This document shows, piece after piece, positions 51,141 to 62,639 of a stretch of DNA of 64,000 nt (positions within the stretch are counted from its first letter, which is position 1; each line of letters starts with the position of its first letter). The notes under the pieces were generated by a model, which had not been told where the DNA came from, searched no databases, and saw only the letters and a program-made list of their open reading frames with translations. The DNA is taken from positions 18,774,508-18,838,507 of the forward strand of contig OZ316895.1 in NCBI GenBank assembly GCA_973895155.1. The letters run 5' to 3'. Source of the stretch: Marsupella aquatica. Lineage: Eukaryota; Plantae; Marchantiophyta. The position numbers and the translations under genes are program-made.

Positions 51141-53933
51141 AATACGTCATTTAATGTTTCAATATGTAACCATTTTGATAATTGGCTGATTTTAAGCCCT
51201 TTCAACTTTTACTAGCGCCAGGCGCTCCTCAAACATATTGTCACTATTATATTTTTATTTCAAATTCTTGAAGTTTGAGTTGTGAAGACATGTTCTTAGG
51301 TGCAATATTGGCTAGCGCCGGGCGCTTCCCAATTTTCTAAGGGTTCTTGGGTGTGGATTCTTTCCGGGCTGTGGTTGCATAAATGTTTTGTTTTCTGTCT
51401 GATTTTGTGGTATTAGGTGAACTGGTGGGAACAGTCATGGATCTTTGCAGCTAGATGTCTTCTGGAAAGACCCTGATTGGGAGGAGGCTGGAATAGACGA
51501 TGGTTGTCAATTGAGATTACTGTAATAGCGCCAGGCGCTACTAAAAGGTTTTGGTTAATTATAGTTGACTTAAATAGCGTTCCGAGATCAAACATTTCAT
51601 AACCCCCTTAATTAAATATCCTCCGAGAGTGCAATTGGTACAAATTATAGACTCTTCACAGCGCCCGGCGCTAGCAATAATCGTGGAGAGTTCCTACCGC
51701 TACGAGTTTCTTATATTTACTCCTATTTGTTTTTTTGGTGTCTTTTAAAAAAACCTCGCCTTCGGCGCTATTTTTACCAGCGCCTGGTGCTACCAGATTT
51801 TTTTTTCAAAAGTTTGAGACTACAAATTTCCTGTTACTAGTCTTTTTCCCTGTTACCAGTTTCTATTATGAATGCTTGTTTCCTATTTTCTTGCCTTTTG
51901 TAAACACCTCTTGGCAGGGGAAGAAAACTGTCGGCTTATTTGAGGGTTGTAAAATTGACCGCAATCATGCAATCTCTCAAATTGCTGCTTATACTGCCTA
52001 TCGTGATGGTTTACATAGAGGAACAGGTCCTACGGTATTTGAACTAGCTTTCCGTTCAGCTGACCAGGCTGGGTCCCCTCGATTGTTCAAAGAGGCTTCT
52101 AATTTGCTACTAGCTAATGCGGTGGATTTTGATTTGGAGAGGACTTCTCCATTGAACAATGATTTTGTAACCAAATCTGTCAAAAGAAAAGAACCAGCAA
52201 CGGGGAATGTATTGACACAAGACTCCCATCGTCATGACATAATTATGATAACAACACCAAATACACGGGGGTTGAAACGGAGGAATCTGAACTCAACTCA
52301 GTTTTCTCACATTCCTTCAAGGTCTCCTGAAACTCCAATCAATTTTTTTTGGAAGTGACAACTTGGATGACATGCAGGACACACCACCTTTTGGTCGAGG
52401 TGCAGCATCTTCCACATTACCCGAAGTCTCTTTGGACCAAACTCCAGTCCTCCCTAACACGTCACTTTTGGAGATGGATGTTGAACCCGGGTCTTGGCAT
52501 CTTCGTCGAACTTCAAGACTTGGGCCTGGTCCACAGTGTAACGGGACATTGTCCGGGAGATGCGACTGTGATGAGTGTCAAAATTGGATTAAGAAGGTTG
52601 GATATCCTTCCAATGCTGGTGTGATTGGAATTGTTGTTAAGGGACATCGCCTGTTCAGAGGTGAACCTCATGCAAAGTTTGTGTGGTTTGCCCCAATGGT
52701 AGTTGTTGGAAGAGCTGCCCACGTTGAGGCATTGCTAACCTGCCTCCTTATCCAGTGTCCTTGCCAGTACTGAAAGGAACAAATTTGTCAAACTTGGAGT
52801 TACATTTCCAGGAAGAATAGGGTGTTGCAATCTCCACACGACACCAAAGCGTGGCTGCCAACCCTATGCCTTTTGACTTGAGAATCAACATTGATGTTTT
52901 TCCTGAGAAGATCAATATGGCACAAATCAACATCCGTATTTGAACTAGGAATGGGCGCCCAATGAACCCCAGATCAAATTTGACTCAAGAATACCATAGA
53001 AGGATTGAATCTACTGCGAAGAAAACAATGACTCTCATCATAGAATTGGATGTTTCCTCAAGAAACTCTTATGGGAAACGATTACTCATCCAAACACACG
53101 CTCATCGATCTAACACTTATTGGGTGCAGATTTGCATATTTGCCGACATTCTTGAGGAAGACCTTTCATGCCTTGTAAACATTAGTACTGGGTCTACAAA
53201 CAATCTTCAAGCTTGATCCGTTGGATTTGGTCTTACAGAGCCAGCCAATTTTGACTGTCGAGTCGGAGAACTCCAGTTCATTGTAGGAAGGAAGAATCCG
53301 CATGGTTTATAGGAATTTGGATCATTCTACTAGACGTTGAATGGGCATTTTGTTAATGTTGTTTTTAACGGTAACAAACATTTGGTTAGCACTCGGCCCT
53401 AGTAAAATTGGTGTTTCAACAATTGTTGTATTAAACCCTAAACATATTGGAGTTCCTATTGAAATTGGCCTCCTTTTTTGTCTAGAAATATGCCGTGTTT
53501 TGTCGATGATTGTACCAAATCTCTTGTTTTGTTCCCCTCTTTTTCCTGTTATGATCATTACTGTTTCCTGTTTCCTGTCATGGAGGTCGGGCCCACACTG
53601 AGAACAACATAAGGGAAAACAAGACACACAAACCTTGAGGATATGAACTGAATACTGAAGATTTGCACTCCCTTATGAATCACCAAGCATTCCTTCCAAT
53701 GTTTTTGTCTTCCTTCTCTTCTCATGCACCTAGATCAACAACGTACAGTTGTACTCTTGAGAGGGGAGGTAGTCCATCAGTTATCGATCACTGATATCAG
53801 TGGCCCCCCTTTTTTTTGGCAATCTTGGAGACCTCTCCAAGATGGCGACATTTTTTTTGGGCAATCTCGGAGAGCCGACACCCTTCTAGGAGTATCTTGG
53901 AGATACCAAGTTGGTTTGCTCACTATGTCAAAG

Positions 53934-54273
53934 GGGTATGGCATGCGTGACAGTAAACAGGAAACAGGTTTACTGATACCAGCAAAAATTTTCCTGTTAC
54001 CAGCAAAAAGTTACTGTTAGTAGGAAAAATAACCATGTCAAAATATTTTCTAAAAAGTCACATTTTCAAAAAAAAATTAAATTACAACATTTTTGGCTAG
54101 CTTTGGGCGCTAGCATTACCAGCGTCGGGCGCTAGCAAAAAATTAAAAAATTCAAAAAAAACATTTCAAAAAAAAATTCAAAAAAAATTCAAAAAAAATT
54201 ACCACTCATTTTCCTGTTACCAGTTTCTGTTTCCTGTTACTATTTACTGTTTCCTGTCGTTTGTAAATACCCC
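53934..54273. mobile_element. 340-bp non-autonomous MITE of the MULE-B family
   Basis: Ends GGGTATGGC... / ...GTAAATACCCC resemble the MULE-B ends; 9-bp TSD ATGTCAAAG; two central palindrome copies. Confidence 0.9.
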
Positions 54274-54417
54274 ATGTCAAAGAGCCTCTCCGAGTTATCA
54301 AGTCACTTTGCGAACCATCTTTGACTTTCCCATTCTATTTCTCAGACCATCTTGGAGAGGCTCTCCGAGAAACCAGATCACTTTGCTTCTTGAGTCTCAA
54401 GTTTTTGTTCTATTTTT

Positions 54418-54845
54418 CAGACCATTTCGGAGAGCCTCTCCAAGATACCAAGTCTTTTTGTTGACCATCTCGGAGAGCCTCTCCAAGATACCAAGTCTTT
54501 TTGTTGACCATCTGGGAGAGCCTCTCCAAGATACCAAGTCTTTTTGTTGACCATCTCGGAGAGCCTCTCTAAGATACCAAGTCTTTTTGTTGACCATCTC
54601 GGAGAGCCTCTCCAAGATACCAAGTCTTTTTGTTGACCATCTCGGAGAGCCTCTCCAAGATACTAAGTCTTTTTGTTGACCATCTCGGAGAGCCTCTCCA
54701 AGATACCAAGTCTTTTTGTTGACTATCTTGGAGAGCCTTTGTTGACCATCTCGGAGAGCCTCTTTGAGATACCAAGTCACTTTGCAAACCATCTTCGACT
54801 TCCCATTCCATTTCTAAGACCATCTCAGAGAGCCTCTCCTAGATA
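54418..54845. repeat. 43-bp tandem repeat (about 8 copies) with an internal 21-bp palindrome TCTYGGAGAG-S-CTCTCCRAGA
   Basis: TTGACCATCTCGGAGAGCCTCTCCAAGATACCAAGTCTTTTTG at 54461, 54504, 54547, 54590, 54633 and 54676. Confidence 0.93.
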
Positions 54846-54967
54846 CAAATACAAAAAATTTGCAAGTGATGCACATCACATTCACTTTTTATATATATTA
54901 TAATGTGTACACAGAAACACTTCATCATTGCTACCTTCTCTAAAGCTAACTCCTATTGGCCACTACT

Positions 54968-57500
54968 TTATTCTGTTATCTGATATGTGCACAGGTCATA
55001 AATAATCTTCTTTTGCAAGTTTCCTACCTGGCTGCCATCAAAACCCATAGGAGCATCTTGACTTATGCACTCTGTATAGTTAAGGATAAATACCCCATAA
55101 TTTACACTATCTTCTTGTGATGGAAGGCCTGACACTAAAGTTCTAGGCCAGTGGTATGCATCTATTGAGGGCATGCCTCTTTGACTTGCTTCATCCTCGA
55201 TGTACCTTGTTAGAGTATACATGAGATATTCATTTCAAGCCTCCCAAAAGTTTCTTGATTTCTCCCAAAGCGAATCTAGGAACAACACCTCTTTTCCAAT
55301 TAAATCAATCACTGCCAACACCCAATGCTCCCTGTTTGCCTGGTGGATAGGGACCAATATCTTGTCATAATCAAATATGTTTTCTGTTTGGTCCATCGAG
55401 CAACATTGGCAAAACAGTATATGGACGATGAAAGCAACATGTAGAATGTTGTGATGAAAAATGCACACTTTGGATAGCCTCTTGATCTCCCCCTAAACTG
55501 CAACAAGGCCAAGTATGCATTGATGATATCTGAATGTAGCCATTGAGCTGATGTTCTTCCTTCAGACAAGCATCTCATTGACACCCTGGTCAACTTGTAA
55601 TCTACAAAGTTGAACAATACTTCCTCGTCTAGGAGCTCTGTGGATAGACATGTAGATACTATGTTGGATAATTCTTGAGAGCAGACTACATCAGCAAATG
55701 ACCCAGGTATCCGGGTATTCCCACCACGTGCTGCATAGGATTGAACAGCATGGCATGGAATGAACACTCCCTTCTGCGTAAGTTGGAAGGCAAAATATTT
55801 TTGGAGAGAAAGTTTTTGATGCTTCCTCCCATGCTTCACGGACTTTGTCCTTGTCCGATGTGTGTCATTGTTTGGACTCGATGTTCCTGTAGTGAATTGC
55901 CTATTGGTTAAGTAGACAGTTTATGGTAATGGCATAATAATGTGGAACTTCACATTGCTTTTGATCCTCACCATGGCACAATGTAAATTGCAAACTATTT
56001 ACAATAAATGGGTTCTTCAATTCATCATTTACTCACAATCCTGAGCATCCCCACCCTTGCCTTCTGCGGCATCCTCCTCTGAATCAGACTCAAGGACCAA
56101 CTTCTTCCGCCCTTCAGGCTTTGTAGTCTCCTTGGCCTCCTCCTCCTTAGTCTCCTCCTTGCCCTCCGCCTTGGTCTTGTTGCCCTGCTATGTTGAAAGA
56201 AGTTTTGACACCTAAACCAGTCATTCTTTATGGAGCACCAATTTGGGGAGCAGGTGTGTCTAAATCTGGGTGGCAACAGATTGAGGGGCTGCAAAAGCTA
56301 TTTCTTGAGATGGAGCTTGGGATCAAGTCACAAACCCCATATACACTTACACTTGCAGAGGCAGGCTTGTTTCCTTTGGAGGTGGAGGCACTCTTCCACA
56401 CACTCAAATACATCATGCGTGTAAGAGAGTTGGAGGAAAACAGATTTCCTTTTCATGCCTTGCGCTCATCTTCAGCTAAAGGGTGGTATGCAGATGTGTG
56501 CAGGTGGGCCCATGCTTGGGATTTTCCTGAACATGAATGGCCAACACACCCAACCAAGCTAAGAGCAAAACTTGAGCAAAAGGCTTTGCACAAACTTTGG
56601 CATGAACCTAGCCCACGGCAGCAATACTACATGAGAGATGTGAACCCCATGAAGAAATATCGAGAACAAGAATACTTATCTAGCACTATCTCAGTACAAC
56701 TTAGACAACTTATTGCTCAGTATAGACTAAGCTCACACCACCTTGAAGTAGAACAAGGGAGATGGAAGGATATTGACAGGAAAAAGAGGGTTTGTCAACT
56801 ATGTGATAGCTCTAGTATAGAGAATGAATATCATGTATTCATTGCTTGCAAGTTTTATGAGGGGGTTAGGATGGCATCTCAAATCTTGGTGAAAGATTTG
56901 TATGCATTGTTTGGTCTGCCCCCTCAGCAACTTGGAAGATATATCTTTGCGGTGGATAGGGAAAGGAGAATAGGTTTGGAAAATCTTTCAGGGCTCTCTA
57001 GGTCCATAGTTTCTTTGAGGACATAGTTGTCCTCTTCTGAGCAATCTCTTTTGGTTGCTCTTTTCTTTGATTGCATTGTACTTTACTTTTTGTGGCAGCT
57101 CCTTTGACTTTCATGGTCCCGGAGCTTATAATACATTACCATTACCATTACCACTGGAGCTGCTGAGTCACCAAAGTAGTCATGCGCTTCCATCCCAAAT
57201 ACTAGTCGCCCACAATTATTGGCAGTTTTGTAGATAGCACCAAAGTGGACATTCCAAGAAAATATGATACTGCCGAGACTGGTGATGTGCTCTGTGATGC
57301 ATTGCAATGTTGTAGGCGATAAGGTACCCGCCAATTTGTCTCACTGCATCATCTTCCTTTGTAAAATTGGATAGAGCATTGCTCTTTGCTGGGCACAGAT
57401 CACCAGTAATTGACTTCATATGTACCTTTGGGAGGGTCACCTATATACCTTTCATGGCAAATATATCCAAATGCAAATATTGAGCTTGTCACATCACGCA
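54968..57500 (-). pseudogene. Ulp1-like SUMO protease (Peptidase C48) gene, decayed and interrupted by a LINE
   Basis: WLHSDIINAYL...FFITTFY...VARWTK...KILVPIH...HWVLAVID...LDSL...QEDSVNYGVF; the catalytic Cys position reads Tyr; 5' extent uncertain. Confidence 0.85.
56214..57152 (+). mobile_element. 5'-truncated LINE copy inside the Ulp1-like gene
   Basis: ORF2 3' part plus CATTAC tail; blunt insertion (host minus frame AAPV|GVKTS). Confidence 0.94.
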
Positions 57501-58088
57501 AAATATATTTGCACTTGTTAGCAACACTAATTGCTCTACTTTTGACAATGGTCCTACCTATGTTGGAGAGGCTCTCCAAGATGGATCCTACCTATCTTAG
57601 AGAAGTTCTCTGAGATCCATGCTCCCTATCTCAAAGAGGCTCTCCAAGATGGATCTTCCCTATCTCAGAGAGGGTCTCCCATATCAGGAAAGTTTTACTA
57701 TTATCAGCAATGTTTTTACTCACATCAGGAAAAACATTCACAGAATTGTCATCCTCCGTACTGTTGCGAGCAATTAACACCAATAAAAAACATTCAAAAA
57801 TGCCATGAAAAGTGGAGTGCCAAGTCTCTCCAACCACTTAAAAGAGTGTTAAAAACCAATTTTTATAAAAAACGGGGCACTGCCCTAACCTCAAAAGGAT
57901 CATTTTGAGAAAAATATGTAAATAATACTAGCGCCAAGCGCTAGCAATAATCCAACCCTATTTTACAAAACCAAATATTGTCTAATACACTCATTCTCAA
58001 TAAGCTTCTATATATGATAATGCCGTTGGAAAACGACAAAGTACTGACCAATTTAACGTAAACTACACAATAGACACCTCTTTAAATA

Positions 58089-61000
58089 CTACCCTAAACT
58101 TTGTCATTCCAACAAGAGACGTATTTCTCCAACGGTGAGTATAGGCTGACTCGACAACGTTGATTCTTGAAGGTCCAGTTTGAAAACATTCTTATAAATC
58201 CAATACAGATGTTTGCAAGGCAAGAAGGGTTTGCGGTGGGCATGACGATGATAGAAATCTTTGCAAGAACAGCACGGGAAGCAGCAAATCTGAACCCAAT
58301 AGGCAATGACAGAGTGGTGACCAATGTGTGTTTGGATGCAAAATTGTTTGCCCCATCCATTTCTTGTCGCAACATCCCTGGAACAAATTATTTTCATTTC
58401 TTCTTTCTCAGCTGCCTCAATCTTCTTATAGTGCGATTTAGTAAGATGCACTCTCTATAGGCACGTCCTCCCGTTTCGAGATAAATAGCAAATTGTCGAC
58501 TGAAGTAGATTGATCCTTTTCGGGAAAACATTGACATTGATTTGAAGATCTAGTCCACTTGGTGCATTTCTTACACGATCACCTTCACCTCCGATTGATA
58601 TTCCGTTGTCCTTCAGAAACTCTACCTCCACAGTAGAAAGATTTGTAGTCAATGCAATGAGCAAGTGATCACAAGGAGGCGGAACATTCACCACACCTTT
58701 TTGAGGACGACTTCTATAACAAACATTATTTGGACAGAACCAGATCAGTTCTGGATGTGGTTCCCCTCTAAAAATTTGCGCTGCTCGAACTGCGATACCA
58801 ACAACTCCGTTTGACGTCCGGTAGCCTACTTTCTTCAATTGATATCTACATTCGTCACGATCTCCATGTCTGCCAAGGGATCCATTGCACACTGGGCCAG
58901 CACCATGCTTCGAAGTTCTCCTAATATGCCATGCTCCAGAAGGAACATTGGACTCCAACACGGACGGGGTTACTTCTTCAATAACATGTACTGGGGGCGT
59001 GATTGGAGTTGCAGATGACATCGGAGGAGGAGGTGTCCGCTCTTCAAGACTAGCTGAAACATCGCTCTCTGAAATATTGACGACTACACTCTCTTGGGGA
59101 CCTGGTTTAGAAGGAATCGCTGAGAATTTCGTTCTATTGAGATTTCTTCGCTTCAAACCTCGGGTGTTTGGGGTTGTAATGAGGATAGTGTCATGCCTGT
59201 GGGAGTCCTCCACAGAGACATTTCCAGTAGCATGTCCCTTCCTCTTTACTGACCGGGTATGTACATCCCCGTTCAAAGGGGAATTCCTTTCCAAATCGAA
59301 TTCAGCCGTATTGGAAAGGAAAAGGTTTGAAGCTTCTTCAAACAGACGCGGGGAACCCACTAGATTTGCAGAGCGGAAAGCCAGCTCAAACACAGTTGGA
59401 CCATTCCCTCTGTTGAATCCTCTCTTGTAAGCCGTATAGGCTGCAATTTGAGAGATTGCTCTATTCTGGTCGGTTTCACACCCTTCAAAGACTCCAACCT
59501 TCTTCTTTGTTTGCCAGGCAATCATCGATGCGTGAGACGACTCAGATCCACCACAATTTGGAATCATTGCCGCTTCTTCTGCACTCTTGCTCTGCAGAAT
59601 TCATCCGATAAGGTTAGATTTAGGAGTTGAATAGCACCAGGCGCTAGCCAATGAACACATAGAAATAATAGCAGATGTAATCATTTTGAACCTGTATGAG
59701 TAGCGCCAGGCGCTAGCCAATGAACACATAGACACAATAGCATATGTAATCACTTTGAACATGTATGAGTAGCGCCAGGCGCTGACCAACAATTGTTTAG
59801 AATACTTACCAATCGAATAAAGTTTCCCCATTGGCGCCATCGGACAACCCACCATGAAATCCAACCTTGCAACATTCGTAATTTACCAGGATAACAATTT
59901 CTTGCCCTCCACCAAGAATCAATTTCTCTAGAAATATGATATGCCTCGATAAATGACTTTGCATTCCGCAACCTATCCCATAAGGCACGATGTTCACTTT
60001 GCTTTCCCTCAGGAATGCCTTCAATTGAGTGTCTCCGAAATGACTGGAAGAAGTGAAATGCATTTGATCGCTCACGTTTGGGATCAGGAAGTCCCCCAAA
60101 GAACACATTCCTCACAGCATTCCAACCAGCTTGAGCATTGTCCGCCATAAAACCATGAATGTGGACATCGTGAAGACTGTTCTCATCAGCCACCTCCAAC
60201 ATTAAACGCCAAGCCCTCTCAAGGGATTTTGTATCTTCTGCTCGCAACTTGCAAGTGAATATCGTGCAAAGTGCACGATAGTTATGGTCATAAACATGTA
60301 CACTAAACGTAAGCCAATCCTTTGTCATTCGGTGCATCACATCAAAACTTACCCATGGACCCTCAAGAGGCCCTCCGGGACTCATCTGTCGAAGAAGATC
60401 CAGACCACAGCCTTCACCCTTAGTGGACATCTTGAAAATGTGTGCACTCTCATCTCGAGACCCTTGTCCCGGCAACAAGAACCTTTGCAAAAATGGGAAT
60501 GCAATGTTCTTCTACATGCTTACCAGAAATTCCAATTCACCTCTTCCTTTCTGGTCTTGACGGATACTCCTCAGAAGGTTCACAAATTTCTGAGGTGTTG
60601 AGATGACTTGAAGAGATTCAAAAATCTTGGTCTCCTCTATTGGGATCATGTCTTGAACTGATGACTCACACATTGGCTTAAAAAGAGACCCGGTGATGGT
60701 GTTCTTCATACCCGCCGTAGTTGCACGTGGATTCAAAGTCAAACCTTGTTCCATGTGCATCTTTGAAACTTTCTCTGCCTCTCTTGAAAAAACTTGCTTG
60801 CTCGGATGGTTATGATGTCCAATGTGAATGGCAAGCCGCGACATATGCTTAGCAGACTCGGCATCAACTTTGGAAGATGCGTACATGTAGAACATCATTG
60901 CTAGACAGGACTCAACACAAAATGGGCGCTCCCAACAATAATGACAGACAATCCCACCCTCAGGAATGATTTGCTCGACTACGTGCGGTCCAGAAATCTT

Positions 61001-61774
61001 AGGAACTCTTGCCCAAAACTTTGCATTCCTCCTTTTATGTTCGGCCCAGAACTGACATGAATTGTTACGACATTCCAGGGAACCCGTGCAAAAGACTTTC
61101 CCAAAATCCCACACCTTTTTTGGGAGAACATTTGTGGAAGTCGTGACAATCCAAGTCCAATAGTAGCAGTCCTTGCCGCGATCAATGTCCCGGAGGCGTT
61201 CACCTTTTGAGCAAACTCCAACAACTGGAGACAGTTCAAAAACAATATTCCCATTGTACGTGCCAGGCAAGCTTGATACTTGCTCAAATCGGTAATCGTT
61301 CCTTCGCATGAATCTTGAGATCTCACTCTAGCCTTTTGATTGTAGAATTGCATCAAGAGCACTCCTCCGGTACACAACTGACTCGGTCGTCCGCCCATGG
61401 ACAGTCTCCACTTTCACGTTGTTATGAGGAAGACAGAGCTTCGCCAAATCTTCATCATCGCTACTATTTGAAAGGTCAATCAAATCGACTTTCAACTTCC
61501 CCTTTGAGGAGGATGGTACCTCAAATTTTCCCAAACTAACGATGTCATACTTCACCCCACCGCACAACCTCCAATACCAAACTCCTTCAATGAAATAAAC
61601 ATCAACCACCACTTCCTCTCCCGAGATAACTATTCGCTGTATGCTTTCCCTAGGAATTCCAAACCTGGTGGCAAGATATTCCTCAGAAATTTCATCATTT
61701 TTCTTAGGATCGACGAGAAGGATTGTCACAAGGTCGCCAGGCGGACAGCAAGAAATTACAATTCATGAATCCAT
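58089..61774 (-). pseudogene. MULE-C transposase (zinc finger, DDE, SWIM), one intron (about 59592-59809)
   Basis: Same motif order as MULE-B: HIGHHNHP, SFDVMH, FMADNAQA, AFHFFQ, GSESSH, PCCSCKDF...PCKHL. Confidence 0.85.
59632..59785. repeat. 69-bp tandem repeat in the MULE-C intron, each unit carrying the palindrome
   Basis: TAGC(A/G)CCAGGCGCT at 59632, 59701 and 59770 with near-identical spacers. Confidence 0.9.
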
Positions 61775-62639
61775 TGGAAATGGCGTACAGAAATGTGAGG
61801 CTACATAAATTCATTTGTGCTGAATAAAACCGTTATGAATACGACAAAGTGACCTATTGGCAATGAATGCTTGTCGTTTTCTAACGGAATTACACATGTC
61901 AGCACCTACCAAGAAAAGCTTATTGATCAAAATTTGAACATAAATTTCAAGACACACAAATAATAGTGCCTGGCGCTAAGTAAGTGAGATGAAAACTTCA
62001 GGCTCCATATGCACATAGTGATGTATGGTTTGACAAGCATCATCTCAGATGACACGATTGTCCAAGTTCCCTTTGATAGCACCAGGCGCTAGCAAATATG
62101 TATCATGCATATCTGGTCCGTAACGGTAACTCCCAACGCTAGCGCCAGGCGCTATCAAAGGTGTACTCGATAATCAAATGGTAACTTTAACGGTTGTCAG
62201 GTTAATGTTTATTAGCGCCCGACGCTAGTAAACTATTCAAAAAGAAATGGTCTGTTCTCAAAGGAATATTATCTTCCGTGTAAATATATGAGAGGATAAA
62301 GAGACCATAACCGCATCTCCCTATGATAGCGCCAGGCGCTAACAAAACTTTGAGTCAATTTTTGAAGGTTCCAGACTGTAATATTTTACTAGCGCCTGGT
62401 GTCCAACGTCCCCCGACTCACATGCCGCCAGAGGTCCAGTCGTCGTACATTTAGGGTACTTTGCTTCCTTTGGAATTGTTCCTGCTGAGGCAGATTCTTC
62501 TCATTTGCGTTGGTGTCGTTGAGGGATGCGTGTAAGGAGAATCCGCACGATTAAGCGTACAAACTCCCAAACTAACTCTCGTACAAAATGAAATTGAACG
62601 GGAAAAATCTCTGCATCGCAATTGGGAGAGTATATCAAA

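Larger units (their letters stand above)
41599..51910. mobile_element. MULE-B: 10.3-kb Mutator-like element carrying a transposase and a ParB-methyltransferase gene
   Basis: 8-bp TSD TTGGCAGG (41591-41598 / 51911-51918); G-rich ends followed after 15 nt by GACAGGAAA-type subterminal repeats; short asymmetric TIRs. Confidence 0.88.
38911..53311 (+). pseudogene. MULE-A transposase (WRKY/GCM-like zinc region, MULE DDE core, SWIM), decayed and interrupted by a LINE and MULE-B
   Basis: RLAIHMGVHNHP; WVSFDVMK; GFHIYQS; GSEAVH; frame rejoins at GWI|SWWVV and KAWQG|KKTVG; right terminus ...CCTGTCATGGAGGTCGGGCCC at 53594. Confidence 0.8.

Noticed and set aside
54418-54845. CRISPR array (palindromic repeats at regular spacing)
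   Set aside because: Units are near-identical over all 43 bp with no unique spacers, there are no cas genes, and the context is eukaryotic.
54968-55839. Functional host SUMO protease gene
   Set aside because: It has a frameshift, stops, a Cys>Tyr change at the catalytic site and a LINE insertion, and sits in a purely TE context.
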